DNA of 63,616 bases, counting the filler, from Perkinsus chesapeaki ATCC PRA-425 (lineage: Eukaryota > Protista > Perkinsozoa): the NCBI GenBank assembly GCA_013115145.1. It is 8 parts of 8 records of this genome, joined end to end, with 100 filler letters (N's around TTAATTAATTAA, not from the genome) between each part and the next. Parts side by side here need not be neighbours in the genome. Positions count along the whole stretch, not along the records: positions 1 to 2,581 come from JAAPAO010001572.1; positions 2,682 to 22,659 come from JAAPAO010000628.1; 6 more parts are not named here. One strand, 5' to 3'. The notes under the pieces were generated by a model. It was not told the DNA's origin. It made no database searches and saw only the letters and a list, made by a program, of their open reading frames with translations. This document shows, one piece after another, positions 1 to 11,441 of the stretch. Positions within the stretch are counted from its first letter, which is position 1. Every line of letters starts with the position of its first letter. Made by a program: the position numbers and the translations under genes.

Positions 1-504
1 TTCATGGACAGTAACTTCTCTCCTTACGGGAGAGTCTTAGTCGAAAGTCGATGTGAGTATGGAAGGTTCGGTATGACTCAGGTGTGATAGGCTCCGAACG
101 CAGTCAGCGTAGTCACTTTATCCGTATCACCGCCACAACGCGGTACAATTAACGAGGACCGACCTACCCAGTAGCTTTAGTACTAGTCAGATAAGTGGTG
201 ACTGGTGACACCTTGTGAAATAAATAGTAGTATTTTAGTAATTATTTATCAGTGTAGTCCTGTCACAGTCAGTGGTGAAGCTCAGTGGCGCGATTGACCA
301 GCTGTCTTCTTGTAATTTTTGGCCAACTGCTTCGTATAAAGTGGTGATTCGTTTGCCCTTAGATAAAATCCTGTCACCGTCTTGGCCCCGAGTGAGCTGG
401 GGAAAATGTGGTATGCTAGGTTTTACCGATGCGCGCAAGAAATTCCTGCCCTCTCGGCCAGTCTCAGAAATGACGATGCTTCTCCTGCACGTATGATTCT
501 GTGG

Positions 505-577
505 TCCGATGTAGTCTAGCTGGTTAGGATTCGTGGCTCTCACCCACGCGACCGGGGTTCGAGTCCCCGCATCGGAA
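505..577 (+). tRNA. tRNA-Glu(CTC)
   Basis: Acceptor TCCGATG/CATCGGA, anticodon stem CGTGG/CCACG with CTC at 539-541, T-loop GGTTCGAGTCC. Confidence 0.97.
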
Positions 578-673
578 AAGTGGTTGTAGAAGAGTTTGAT
601 GTTTGAAGCGAATTTCGTGTGATTTTCCTGCGTTTACTTCAAGCAAAAAGACGCCCGAAGCAAGCGAAATTGA

Positions 674-756
674 CCGGCAATAGCTCAGTTGGTAGAGCGT
701 CCGACTGTAGTGTTCAAGTAATCGGATGGTCCCTGGTTCGATTCCGGGTTGCCGGA
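674..756 (+). tRNA. tRNA-Tyr(GTA) with a ~10-nt canonical-position intron (about 711-720)
   Basis: Acceptor CCGGCAA/TTGCCGG, A-box TAGCTCAGTTGG, anticodon GTA at 707-709, stem TCCGA/TCGGA interrupted by TGTTCAAGTA, B-box GGTTCGATTCC. Confidence 0.96.
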
Positions 757-818
757 TTAAAGGATTTTATTTTGGCTTCTGTTCGTATGTAGACTGAGAC
801 AAAGGAAACTTTTATCTT

Positions 819-889
819 GCATCATTGGTCTAGTGGTAGAATACAACGTTGCCATCGTTGTGACCCGAGTTCGATTCTCGGATGATGCA
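819..889 (+). tRNA. tRNA-Gly(GCC)
   Basis: Acceptor GCATCAT/ATGATGC, stem CAACG/CGTTG around GCC, T-loop GAGTTCGATTCTC, T-run downstream. Confidence 0.97.
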
Positions 890-1273
890 GTTTTGGCTCG
901 ATTATTGAGCACGCGGAAAGCGCGACTTGTCGCTCCCCTGAGTGGTTGAATTACAGCACTGTGAAGAGCGTAGATTAGACGCAGTTATATGACAGCATCA
1001 CATCCCCTCACCCCTGGCCAATGTTGTTGAGTACCTCCGCGCTGGTGGTCCCTACGGTGGTCAACATTGTACAGGGGAAAGGGGTTGTTTGAGGCCTCCA
1101 ACTTGGAGGCTCCAAGAATTTGTATTCTCTCAAACATTTGGAGTTTGCGCGTTGCCTGAACAACTACAGTCATGGCACCTGGGCTGCACGGTAATAAATT
1201 GCGAAAAACTTTTTACACTTCTCGATTTGTGCGTGTCATCCTTGCGCGGCGGGCCGAAGGGTCTTCCAGGGCA

Positions 1274-1357
1274 TATTGGAACGTATTGGAACAGATGGAA
1301 CACTATTGGAACATTTTGGAACTCGCGCTACGCGGTCGTTCCAAAATGTTCCAATAG
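1274..1357. repeat. Iterated (TA)TTGGAAC repeats ending in a perfect 20-bp inverted repeat
   Basis: CTATTGGAACATTTTGGAAC (1303-1322) pairs with GTTCCAAAATGTTCCAATAG (1338-1357) around a 15-nt loop; about 5 direct TGGAAC copies on the left. Confidence 0.9.
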
Positions 1358-1562
1358 CGCGTTACGGCTCGCTTCGCTCGCCAAAACGCGCTCGATCCGT
1401 GGAAATTCGAAGAAATCGGACCCTTGGGGTTCGAACCCTCGACCCTCGAATCTGCCATCCTGAAACGCTTCGCTCCGCCCTAAATTGTTTACTTCCCTTC
1501 TGTTTTTTACAACTTACTTTGATTCTTTGCTACTATTCGTCTAACGCTTCTACTACTTTTCC

Positions 1563-1850
1563 TTAATTTCGTTTAGTCCGCTACTGTTACTGGAGAGGCG
1601 GTTACTGGGGATGCTCAGGATGGGGATGCTCAGGATAACAAAAAAATTACTTCAGTGAGTTATAGAAACGATACTGCTACTCCACTGGAATTTAATTTCG
1701 TTTAGGCCGCTACTGTTACTGGAGAGGCGGTTACTGAGGATGCTCAGGATGGGGATGCTCAGGATAACAAAAAAATTACTTCAGTGAGTTATAGAAACGA
1801 TACTGCTACTCCACTGGAATTTAATTCCGTTTAGGCCGCTACTGTTACTA
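1563..1850 (+). repeat. 129-bp tandem duplication (about 2.2 copies) of an exon plus 51-nt intron unit
   Basis: Units start at 1563, 1692 and 1821; each full unit contains GTGAGT...TTTAG (1655-1705, 1784-1834). Confidence 0.9.
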
Positions 1851-2581
1851 CTAAGGACACTACCAGTTCTACTCACCGTGCTTCTACTGCTGGGGAGAGT
1901 ATTGATACTGTGGGCAGCGTGGCCGCTGGTACTAGTGGGAGTTCAAGCGTTCCATTGGGATGAGTGAAGCGAATGGGCCGCGACCAGGCGAATTGGTGCT
2001 ACAAATTTAAAAAAGGGTGTCAACTGGTTGAGCACCCACTACCTCCTTTCAAACACGTCCTGCCGGGGCAACGAGGCATTGTGTCCCCCCGGAAACCACA
2101 ACTACTGGCGTTTACAGGCATTAAGTGTTTCTTCTGGTCGCCGAAGTCTTCATTCTCATTCGATTTCCGGTGCCCTGGGTGTGGTCGTAACCTACAATCT
2201 AAGGGACTTCATCAAGCTCCGAAGTCGGTGGAGACCTCACGGGGCAAGGTTTGGCTAGTTCAGGAACGTTATCATTGCCCTTCTTGTAATAAGGCCGGTC
2301 GCGACATGAGGGCCAGCGATCCTCGTCTTCTCTCTCAACTACCACTATACTTGAGAGAGTGTTTTCCTTTTGTCGAGAGCTACACCTCTGGCGCTGAGCG
2401 GGTGCTACTAGATTTACTGCTCGACCGGCAGGGCTCAGCCTTAACCTTTGCCGGCCTCACCAGACAAGTGGAGACATTCCAGAGAGCGGCCTACGACCAT
2501 AGGGAATTGGCCTATCTTTCGGCTTGCCGAAGACACCAATCTCTGTCTGGTGAAGTAGAACCTAACTACTGTCCCTATCCT
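1577..2581 (+). mobile_element. Dada-like DDE transposase, N-terminal zinc-finger region; truncated by gap, in-frame TGA at 1961-1963
   Basis: ORF 1964-2581 has FWSP..RCPGCG...YHCPSC...DPRLLSQLPLYLRECFPF, the same pattern as the N-terminus of the 52544 ORF and of Dada/DUF6729-type proteins as I recall them; upstream Ser/Thr-rich exons are in the same frame. Confidence 0.7.
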
Positions 2582-2681
2582 NNNNNNNNNNNNNNNNNNN
2601 NNNNNNNNNNNNNNNNNNNNNNNNNTTAATTAATTAANNNNNNNNNNNNNNNNNNNNNNNNNNNNNNNNNNNNNNNNNNNN
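2582..2681. other. Assembly linker (N-run with TTAATTAATTAA). Equivalent linkers at 22660-22759, 41917-42016, 51920-52019, 56071-56170, 57786-57885, 61872-61971
   Basis: 100-nt spacers carrying a six-frame stop linker; not biological sequence. Confidence 0.99.
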
Positions 2682-3103
2682 AGCTTACATTCGCAGGGGG
2701 ATTTAGCTGTGCACGCATGTACAAGGGAGCGAGCGGCGCACAATGAATAACAAATCCTTGTGAATCATCTTACGAGCTGTCACGTTGTCGATTTTCGCCT
2801 TTCGAGCGAGCCCCCCCAGCTCCCAGAAAGTCGACGAGTGTCCTGACCCAAACAGCACTAGCATACCTGGAACTGAAATAAGTGTCCATCCGAGACCTCG
2901 TAAACATGGTAAATACTGTGGCAGTTTAGGAGGACCGGGCGAAAGCAGGTAGATGGTCTACCGTGTCTTCGCGGTCACCGAGCGTGACACAGCTATGAGG
3001 AGTTGTCAATGAACAAATGATCCAGCTCGACACTGTTACTCGAGTCTCACAGCACACCGGGGATGCTTGCATTCTGCTTGCTTGCAGTTCATTGGAAGTC
3101 ATT

Positions 3104-3979
3104 ATGTTCCACTCCCTCCTCATCGGCGTTGCTGCTCTCACCAGCATCGTCTGGGGTGGAATTATCATTCCCAATGGTCTTTACATCAATACAGTATACA
3201 AGTATCCATCGGCAATTTTGGTAACTTCTCCTGGTAACCTGACGCTCCGATTGGGGTATGATATATTCTCGGTTAACTTGTACGATATGCCTTATGCTAC
3301 GGAAGAGGCAATAACAAACACGATCGTCCTCGACGCCAACTACTTCCCGAATGACACCCAGACATACCCATTCTGCTATCACTTGTGGAAACTGGTATAT
3401 GTCGAGACGTTGAAGGAGATTCACCTTGTAATGCCTCAAGCTCGTGTACCATTTCAGTTGGTTCATGGATACCCTCTTCGGTTGATCCCTGGATACCCTC
3501 TTCAGCTGGTCCCTACTCAATACCATGGCAGGTTGTTGGGAGGACATGGTACCAGCCATACTAAGACCACTCCTGCCCCTACCCGTACGGCTCCCTCCCG
3601 CACGGCTCCCTCCCGCCATATCCCTCTCAGTAAGAAACTCTGTTTGTCAAAGGAACGCTTCGAGGCATTTGATGGCCAGCAGTCATATATCAAACTCGAT
3701 TACAACTATCTTTACGGTACGCTATTTTACAACAGGCATGCGACTATATCATTAAATTGGATACGTTATAGCCGTAGAGAGCCCTCTGAGGGCACCACGG
3801 AATTGATATCCGTTTTCCAGAACTCGTCTCAGTTTCCTTATGTGCATGTCAACTTCACATTGGAGCTTGATCCGAGCACTAAATCAGTGATAATGTTCAC
3901 CGGTGACGCGCCTCTAGCCAGTATGCCATGGGAGGCACAGCGTCTGGCTTTCAATGCCGAGGCGTGCCGTGATAAGTGA
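3104..3979 (+). CDS. Hypothetical secreted protein with a Pro/Thr-rich linker
   Basis: Hydrophobic N-terminus MFHSLLIGVAALTSIVWG, long ORF, GYPL and RTAPS micro-repeats; hidden in-frame introns possible. Confidence 0.5.
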   Translation: MFHSLLIGVAALTSIVWGGIIIPNGLYINTVYKYPSAILVTSPGNLTLRLGYDIFSVNLYDMPYATEEAITNTIVLDANYFPNDTQTYPFCYHLWKLVYVETLKEIHLVMPQARVPFQLVHGYPLRLIPGYPLQLVPTQYHGRLLGGHGTSHTKTTPAPTRTAPSRTAPSRHIPLSKKLCLSKERFEAFDGQQSYIKLDYNYLYGTLFYNRHATISLNWIRYSRREPSEGTTELISVFQNSSQFPYVHVNFTLELDPSTKSVIMFTGDAPLASMPWEAQRLAFNAEACRDK

Positions 3980-6199
3980 ACATGAAGCCGTCTCCATCGC
4001 TTCGTTATATATCCAGGTTCAGAGTTTTGAGATGATTTCTTATTATCGCTGAAGCTTTAACTCGACAGTTGTTTCATCTGTAGCTTTAAAGCATGATGCT
4101 AGTAGTGGGTTGTTGTCATATCCGTGTTATAGACCGTCATGGATTGACATATGACGCCTATACTTCCTATAGATATCTGTATCAATGTTAAGAGTGTAGG
4201 CGTTATCTTACGTATCGTCTACAAAGTCACGATAGTCACTATAGAGTTTACACACATTGATATCAAGGCTTTCTCTTGCACCCTACCGGTAGCTTTGTGT
4301 TGAGAAGTAACACTGCCTCCAACGGAGTTGGGCCCCAAGCTGATCTACATCATGTCAATGTAGACAAACGGTATTAAAACTGAATCATCAGATGATCTGA
4401 TTCAGATCAGATCTGACTAACCAAATTCTGAATTTCAGAGCGCGTGCTTTCAGCAGCCTCCTTAACTTAGTCGTTTATGCCTACCATGAACAGTGATCCT
4501 GTGCGCTTCACCCTTTGCGATGATATAATACCGTTCAGTTACTGCCGACAGGTAAGATCGTTCTTGCTGGAATGGTTGTGAAAGGTGCGAGCAATCGATA
4601 GCCAGGCCCGTGATTCAGTTCACTCGGAGGCCATACTGGTCTCCTCACTTTTTTGTCGCAACGGAGACTTCCACCCGAGCCTTGGACGGAACAGGAGATC
4701 AGATCCTTCTTTCCTAACATTTCAACTTGGGATACTAATAATTTCAAATGTTACCTTTGAAAGGTAGCTCAGCAGCTCTAGCGTCTGAATTGTCATTTAG
4801 CTCTCGACTTTCACCATTTTGCGGTTCTTCAGATAACATAGGAGTTGGTGAGCGTGAGGGGCGCTATGTTTCCAACTTGGTATACGACCGTGGCTTTGGC
4901 ATGATCTGGTAAAGGGTTTCCCTCTCATAATTGTGAGTCTTGCGTCTGGATTGTGCAATAACGGAAAGTCTTCATATCGGAGGGTCATCGAGGAACATCA
5001 GATGGAGTGTATTTGATGGTCCCTTTCTTGGTGACCGTCTGGAAAGCCACTCCTAGCAGCATTTCCCTCCACATTAGGAGCACTGTTCGATTTTTGAGAA
5101 ACCTATTTCTGTGAGGCTTGAATCTAGCCTTACGGGAATGTGTTACTATCTATCCGTTAGGAAACTTTCTGATCTATATGCTCCGAGCTTGAGTGCAGTT
5201 CATGTTTGATTCGTTCTACCCACGAACAGAATCTATCTTTCGCTGAACACGTCCGACCTGCTCGGTTGGCCGGCCTATCACTACTCTGTACGAGCGGTTG
5301 GCTCCCTATCATTTCCGATCCGGACGAATTCTGCTGCTAGCTATTTGGTAGCTTTTCCTATTGGCTACCATAACATACAGCAACGTAACTATGCGACCAT
5401 TATATGATGATCAAAGATTAGTTTCATGCCTCTGGCTTGCTGACAGCAAGTTGCTGTGCTGTTCACAGACTGAGCTTCGAGAGTAGTCCTAATCTATCTC
5501 TGACTATACTTAATAATAAGAGCTTTCAGTATAAATTGCGAGTTGCGCCAGTGCCTGCCGGTTGTGTGTACTTGGCTTTAGCATCTAAATAGTCTTCTCG
5601 TCACACGAGATAGCGATTACCACTTCAAGATCAAACGACTCCCGAAGGGCGATTAAACTGGTAGCTCTTCTCTGTTCAACACGGTCAATAAGGAACGAGA
5701 AGGCTCAGCATACTCTCGCAAAGCGAGCATGCACGCATGTACAGCTCGCTCGAGGACAATCTTTTGACTCAAAAGTTTTGAGAGTCGTTCTGCTCCTATT
5801 TTATGCATGCAGTGAAGGTCTCTGCCCTCGGTACGCACAATCACCGTGCTGTTGGCTAAATCACATCGGTCGTCACACAAAGTCTGTCCCGTTAAGGAAG
5901 GACAAGATATGCCCGTGTCCGACAATACTCTTAAGCGTAGATTGATCGATATTGAGCTACACGTTAAGCCTAGAGACGCAGAAAGTCTTGCTTTTCCTCG
6001 TCCCTTAGACGAGTCAGATACTCTACGGTGGATAGCAGTAATACCTGCAGTAGAGTCAGATGCTATATCGTTACTTCATAATGCCCGCGAGCCGATCAAG
6101 CAAACTTGGGCGTTAATTCAATCATCGTTAAATCCGTAGCTCATCTTTAGTACATGTCTAACTTCGTGGTAGAAATGATACCCTCAGTACACCGGGCCA

Positions 6200-6259
6200 C
6201 AGCCACAGCCATGCTGTCGGCTCGACAGCATGGCTGTGGCTGAGTCGACAGCGTCGACT
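6200..6259. repeat. Perfect 20-bp hairpin followed by a 7-bp hairpin
   Basis: CAGCCACAGCCATGCTGTCG-gct-CGACAGCATGGCTGTGGCTG (6200-6242), then AGTCGAC-agc-GTCGACT. Confidence 0.92.
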
Positions 6260-7826
6260 ATCAAACAAATGACTCCCTAGTGAAAACCTCTGATCTCAGA
6301 ACCGAGAATATCAGGCCACACCAGTCCAATATCTAGCTCGTGCTTGTAAACATCAATTTTGCGGTGGTGATTCAGAACCGACAGATCTCGTTCGGGCTTG
6401 GGAAATTCAATTTTGTCTTGGAATGTTCAGTTTCGTCGGAACCCAGAAGTTGTCTTCAATTTCGTTCCATTAGCCAAATCAATCGCGTCTCTTGCAGACA
6501 ATTAATTCCGTCTCAATCTACGGGGTTACAAAGTTTAGCATACCCTACAGTGGCTCAGAAAAACTGTATGCTAATTTTCAATAGTCGGGCAAGTTATACA
6601 ATATCATAAGACAATGCTATGCAGTATTACAAGACAGCGTACCTCATGAAAAGGTGTCATTCCTATTGCGTGACTGAGCGATCGCCACATTGGTTTCAAC
6701 TTGGGTTTCAATCAGAAGCCGGTGAACTACTAAGTGAAATTTAACGAAATATATACACGGTTTATTATTGTACCATTCCCATCCACTTTCCGTGATCTAT
6801 TGCGCACTCTACGCCTAGAGCGATGAAACGGTGAACGACTTGGTTTGTCATGACAATTATATATGTCCGTGATGTCTACGCAACATATATTGATTTCGTA
6901 TCGAAACTCGTTTTATTCGCCAAATTATGGAGATTTTTCGAATTTGCCTAACAAATTTCGACGCACGATAGAGCAAGTGATAGGTGACCGCTCCTGACCC
7001 AAACCGGACAAATGCCAAATTTCGGATGCGTTCCCAGGAATCGATACGCACACGGCATGCGAGTGCACACCTCAGAGCAGCAACAAATACATCATACTGC
7101 AATCGGGACGAGGAAACAATCACTTGCCAACAGGGCCTATGTAGAGCCAACAAACATGATAACTACACATAGTTACGGCTTCGATTCTGAGCTTCAGACG
7201 AATGACTTAAAATAATTGATCACATTGCCACACTCCTCATCTGTCTATTACTCATTATTGTTGAGTGCCAGAAAGAACTTCCAACCCAATGCTTATTAAG
7301 GGCGCAGAAAACCCTAACGCATGCGTGCAACTGTGTAGATTACATAGCTAATAGTAAACTGCCCAACTACAAAGGGCAGTGAAAAGATAACTTCAGTTAC
7401 CTCAGCTTCTCAGTTACCTACACTGACTAAGTTATACTGAAATCGTAGCACAGCTAATCTCAAACTAGTGCACATAGAGCGACATAGCCTATGCTAATAA
7501 ATAGACATTATCCACTTCCTTACATTATGGGTAACTCATAGCTATTGTCTACGTAAAACTAGCCTTGGCATAAAGTCTTATAACTTCGGACTTTAGACCA
7601 TTGGTTTACTCCATTCACTCGGCCCATTGTCAGGATTCCTGCTCCTGGGGATATTGCACGTCTGTGAGGGTTATCAGGCCATACTAATGATTCACGAATA
7701 CCTTGCATAGGATTTATGTCCATATGTCTCACTCTGTTGAGTGACCTCTAGGGAGACGGTCACCAACACGCCGCTACGCTGCGCAACTCGAAACTGATAC
7801 TCTCGGCATTTCTTCCTGTGGTCATC

Positions 7827-8426
7827 ATGAAACAAGCCTTCTTCGCCGTGCTTGCTCCTCTCCTCTGCGCTGGATACACTAAACCACATGGTGTGCTGAG
7901 GAGGCTTGATTCAGGTGAGTAATGTACTCTGTGTAAATGGGCTTGTCCGATATCCTGGTTGAGTAGTGTACACCAATCTTGACACGTACTTATCCCTCCC
8001 TTGAAATGTTCAACAGGCTTCGATACAAGTGTTCTCGTTGCTTGTCTTTCTCAGCTCCTTACGGCAATCCCGAGGGCCATTGCGTTTTCGACATGGAATC
8101 AGGACAGGTCAAAAACTGCACATGTCCATCCGGGGAGATTCCTCTGACTTACATGGTAACTGAACTGAGTGAGATCTCGATTATTTAATGGTTTGTATCA
8201 GAACTCGCAAGCTTGCGGCACATCCCCTTGCCAAGACGACTCTGACTGCCCCCTGCCACCGAAGGGTGTCACAGCTGGGCATCACTGCTATTCCTCGCGT
8301 ATGCCGTCAGCATGCATGCTTGTTTGCCAGGAGGGTGAAGTAAGTTCCGAGTCTGACATAACTATTCTACCGACTCACGCCGATGTCAATTCCAATAGGT
8401 CTGCCAAACCGGAGCTACTTGCATAG
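7827..8426 (+). CDS. Small secreted Cys-rich protein, multi-exon (3-prime end approximate)
   Basis: Signal-like MKQAFFAVLAPLLCAG, GT-AG introns, exons with C..C, CTCP and SPCQDDSDCPLPP...HCY..ACMLVC. Confidence 0.6.
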
Positions 8427-9646
8427 ATGGATTGTGCGTCTTTGCCCACTAACTGCGCGTGGAGAAAGGTTCTGCACAATTGGCTGTACTCCGGGCCTCT
8501 GATTCAGAGGATCTCGGAACTCGCTAATTCAGAAATTTGCAGGTGACTGAGTAAGGTTAACTATTGCGTTGGCACGATCTAAAAGTATGATACTTTTTGG
8601 GCCTTTAGTAACTCTCCACTCATTTACTTTGTACGAGATTTGCTCGTGGTAAACAATCAAATGTACCTCAGATTGAAACGCTTTGAGTTAGGAAACTAAT
8701 GCTGAGTGAATGCTAGCCCCCTGTTTGAGAGCGAGGCCCTCCTGTAGTATGCTTCATAAGCAGCTTCCATACTCGACAAGCGCTCATACATGTATTGTCA
8801 ACCGAATATTTTTGCGATGACTTGAAATAACAAATAGACAGACTCAGCACTGCTGCAGTATGGCACATATCTTTGTGCAGTATGGCACACGTTCGCAGGA
8901 CGCAACCTCCTCAAGGCAAAGGGATTTGCTACTGAACAGCTCAAGTACACAACGATACATAAGGTAAGTCATTTTCCATCTCTGGATGGGTTCTATCAAA
9001 ACATACAAGGTTACAGCGCGTCTGGCCAAGTTGATTTTCATTGCTTCATACGGCTACAGTTTACACTCGAGCAGATTTGCTGTCCGTCATAACTCATAAC
9101 CATTAAAGTGAATCAATACGAATTTTAATAAATAAAGAAATAGCCGTGGCTTTCCCTCGGCTATGGAAGCACAACACAAGCATGCTTTATTTATCTTCTT
9201 GGCTTCCTTTTATATTGTTAGCTGTTGATGAACGTAGCCTTGAACCGGCGACCCTTACCGACCAGCTTGCAGGAGAGTGGTTGGTTTACCGACTTTACAA
9301 CGCAAATAAGCTCTTTCAAGTCGCTTGAAACAGGGGAGCGTGAATGCCTGAATTTGTCTTCAATAACAATGGGGGAATACTCGATTTTTGTAAGTCTGGT
9401 ATGTAGGCAAATTAATCACATAACATCAACTCTCAATAAAACCCTCTCAACACTCTAATCTTAATACAAGTCATTTCTTCGGCACGCATAAGGTAAATTG
9501 CGAGGCGGCATTTTAATACAGTAATCCGCCACAGTTTTCGTAACTTCTTATAATTTTACAATAGACATGAATGACAATTATTAATTTGTTGTTCCAGTAG
9601 AATGTAATCTCTAAAGGCAACTAAGGAGGGTATAAACCTTCCACTT

Positions 9647-10989
9647 TTACTCGGACGGAAATCTCGAGTTATTAGGGCTATCGCTGCCAGTAACACTCGA
9701 ACGTGTTGTCAACGGCACGGCATAGTCATAACGACGAACACCAATCGGACGACCGTTGAGGATGTGACAACGTTCGGAAAAGGCAGCTTGAAAGCCATCC
9801 TCATCTTCCATCTGACAGAAACCGAACCCACGGGAAGCTCCTGTCGCTTTGCACTTAACAACAGCACACTCCTTGACAACACCGAACTTGGAAAAATGCC
9901 CTTCCAGATCTCTACTAGTTGTGCGGGGACCAAGCCCTCCTACGAAAAGCTTGTACTGGTTACTGGGCTCGCTGCCGTCATGGAAAGTAGAAGTCATAGA
10001 TCCGCTATAAAATGAATCAAATCTGCCGGTGGCACTTGCATCAATGTCAGTAAGATAATGGCTCGAGGATATACCAGGAGACTTGTTATGGAGGGCTTCT
10101 CCTGGAGGGAGCCAGGCGTCACCATTTGCGGTAAGACCACCGCCGACCGAAGCACCAACATCTGAAGGACTTCTGGCACCTTGCTTATTCGCCCACATAC
10201 AAGCACACACTTTACAAGATTTACGGCTGGGCAGTTGAACCCCTTCAAACGTCTTCATAAATTCACATGCCAATTCATGTGTTTTTAGATCGATAAATGC
10301 ATATCTGTCAAATCAGCGATAATCAAAGATAAGCTTGCCAAACTCACCCTCTATTCAAACCAGTACGCGGGTCTGGAACCGCATAAATGTAGGAAAATGC
10401 ATCACCAAGCCCTCGGCGGCAGATCTCCTCGGCCAACATCGCATCATCGTACTTGTTTGGTATGTTCTTCAACATGACAGTAGTCCACGTACTCATATCA
10501 TTGTCCTCATTATCCTCAGCGGGCTGGTGCGCAGCACTCTCTTCTAACGCTTCTCTGGCCCTTTCGACATCCCCCAAGCGGGGGGGAACAGTCCTAAGTA
10601 GAAGTACATTCACAATTCAACAAGTGAATCTCGCCATCCTACTCCGGTGGTGGCGTGCCCGGGTCGATAAAGCGACCGGCGAGCATCGGAGTGGCTTCGA
10701 CAGTGGAGGCAGTTGTCTTGAATGGAGTAAAGAGGGTCTTTTCGCCGGTGTGGCCTGACAGAACAAATGCTTATGGAAAAAGAGGGGAGTGGTACTGACC
10801 ATAAGTTGGGGACTCTAGCTCGAGAGACTTCATTAAATCAACCGAGAGAAGTCGGCATGGAGTTGATAGAGGCTGTAGCATTTCCTTGAGGCTTTGAGGC
10901 GATGCACACGATGGTTGGATAGTAGGGGAACCAAAAGGGATCTCGATACTTGTCCCTCCACTACGGAAGCGATCCTGCTGATAGAACAT
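9647..10989 (-). CDS. Mei2-like RNA-binding protein (Mei2-type RRM followed by a canonical RRM)
   Basis: Spliced frame gives WTTVMLKNIPNKYD...NRGYAFIDL...CKVCACMWANKQG (Mei2 RRM3 signature), then YKLFVGGL...SRGFGFC (RNP2/RNP1); ends approximate. Confidence 0.85.
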
Positions 10990-11441
10990 GAGAAGCTTGG
11001 TGAATCTGCAAGTGACACCGATAATTCCTCTCGAACCGCCTGCACGCATGCGCAAGTTTGCACGCATGCGCTTCAAGATACTCGATCACACTCTATAAGA
11101 TACTCCACCTCCTTCTAGTCGGTACCGTCGGAGTATCTCAATCATCCAGCTCCTCCATCCATTTGCGTACTATTAGATACCGCCGCTCTAATTCATGCTA
11201 CCCCTTCTAAGACAAATGCGTGTAAACAGCCAAATCGTGACGCGCCTCTCTCACGCTCCCCTCGCTAATACACTCATCTCCCTCTGTGACTTTGAACCCA
11301 ACATCGACGGTCGTGAAACCAAAGGCGCTCTCTTGGCCTTAATGAAAAGGACAACATACAAAATGAGATAATCGTCAACTTGTCGTCTTCATGTCCGCTA
11401 CACCTTGTCCGACACTGCGGTTTCCGGTGTGTTAGGTTTCT

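Noticed and set aside
1961-1963. In-frame TGA as selenocysteine
   Set aside because: It lies in a low-complexity linker of a transposase, with no redox motif and no visible SECIS; the 3-prime end is missing.
2626-2637. TTAATTAATTAA repeated within N-runs throughout the window
   Set aside because: Artificial six-frame-stop contig linker; gene-order inferences across these joins were not made.
4000-7700. Short ORFs in all frames
   Set aside because: No recognisable domains or consistent splice model; probably decayed or non-coding.
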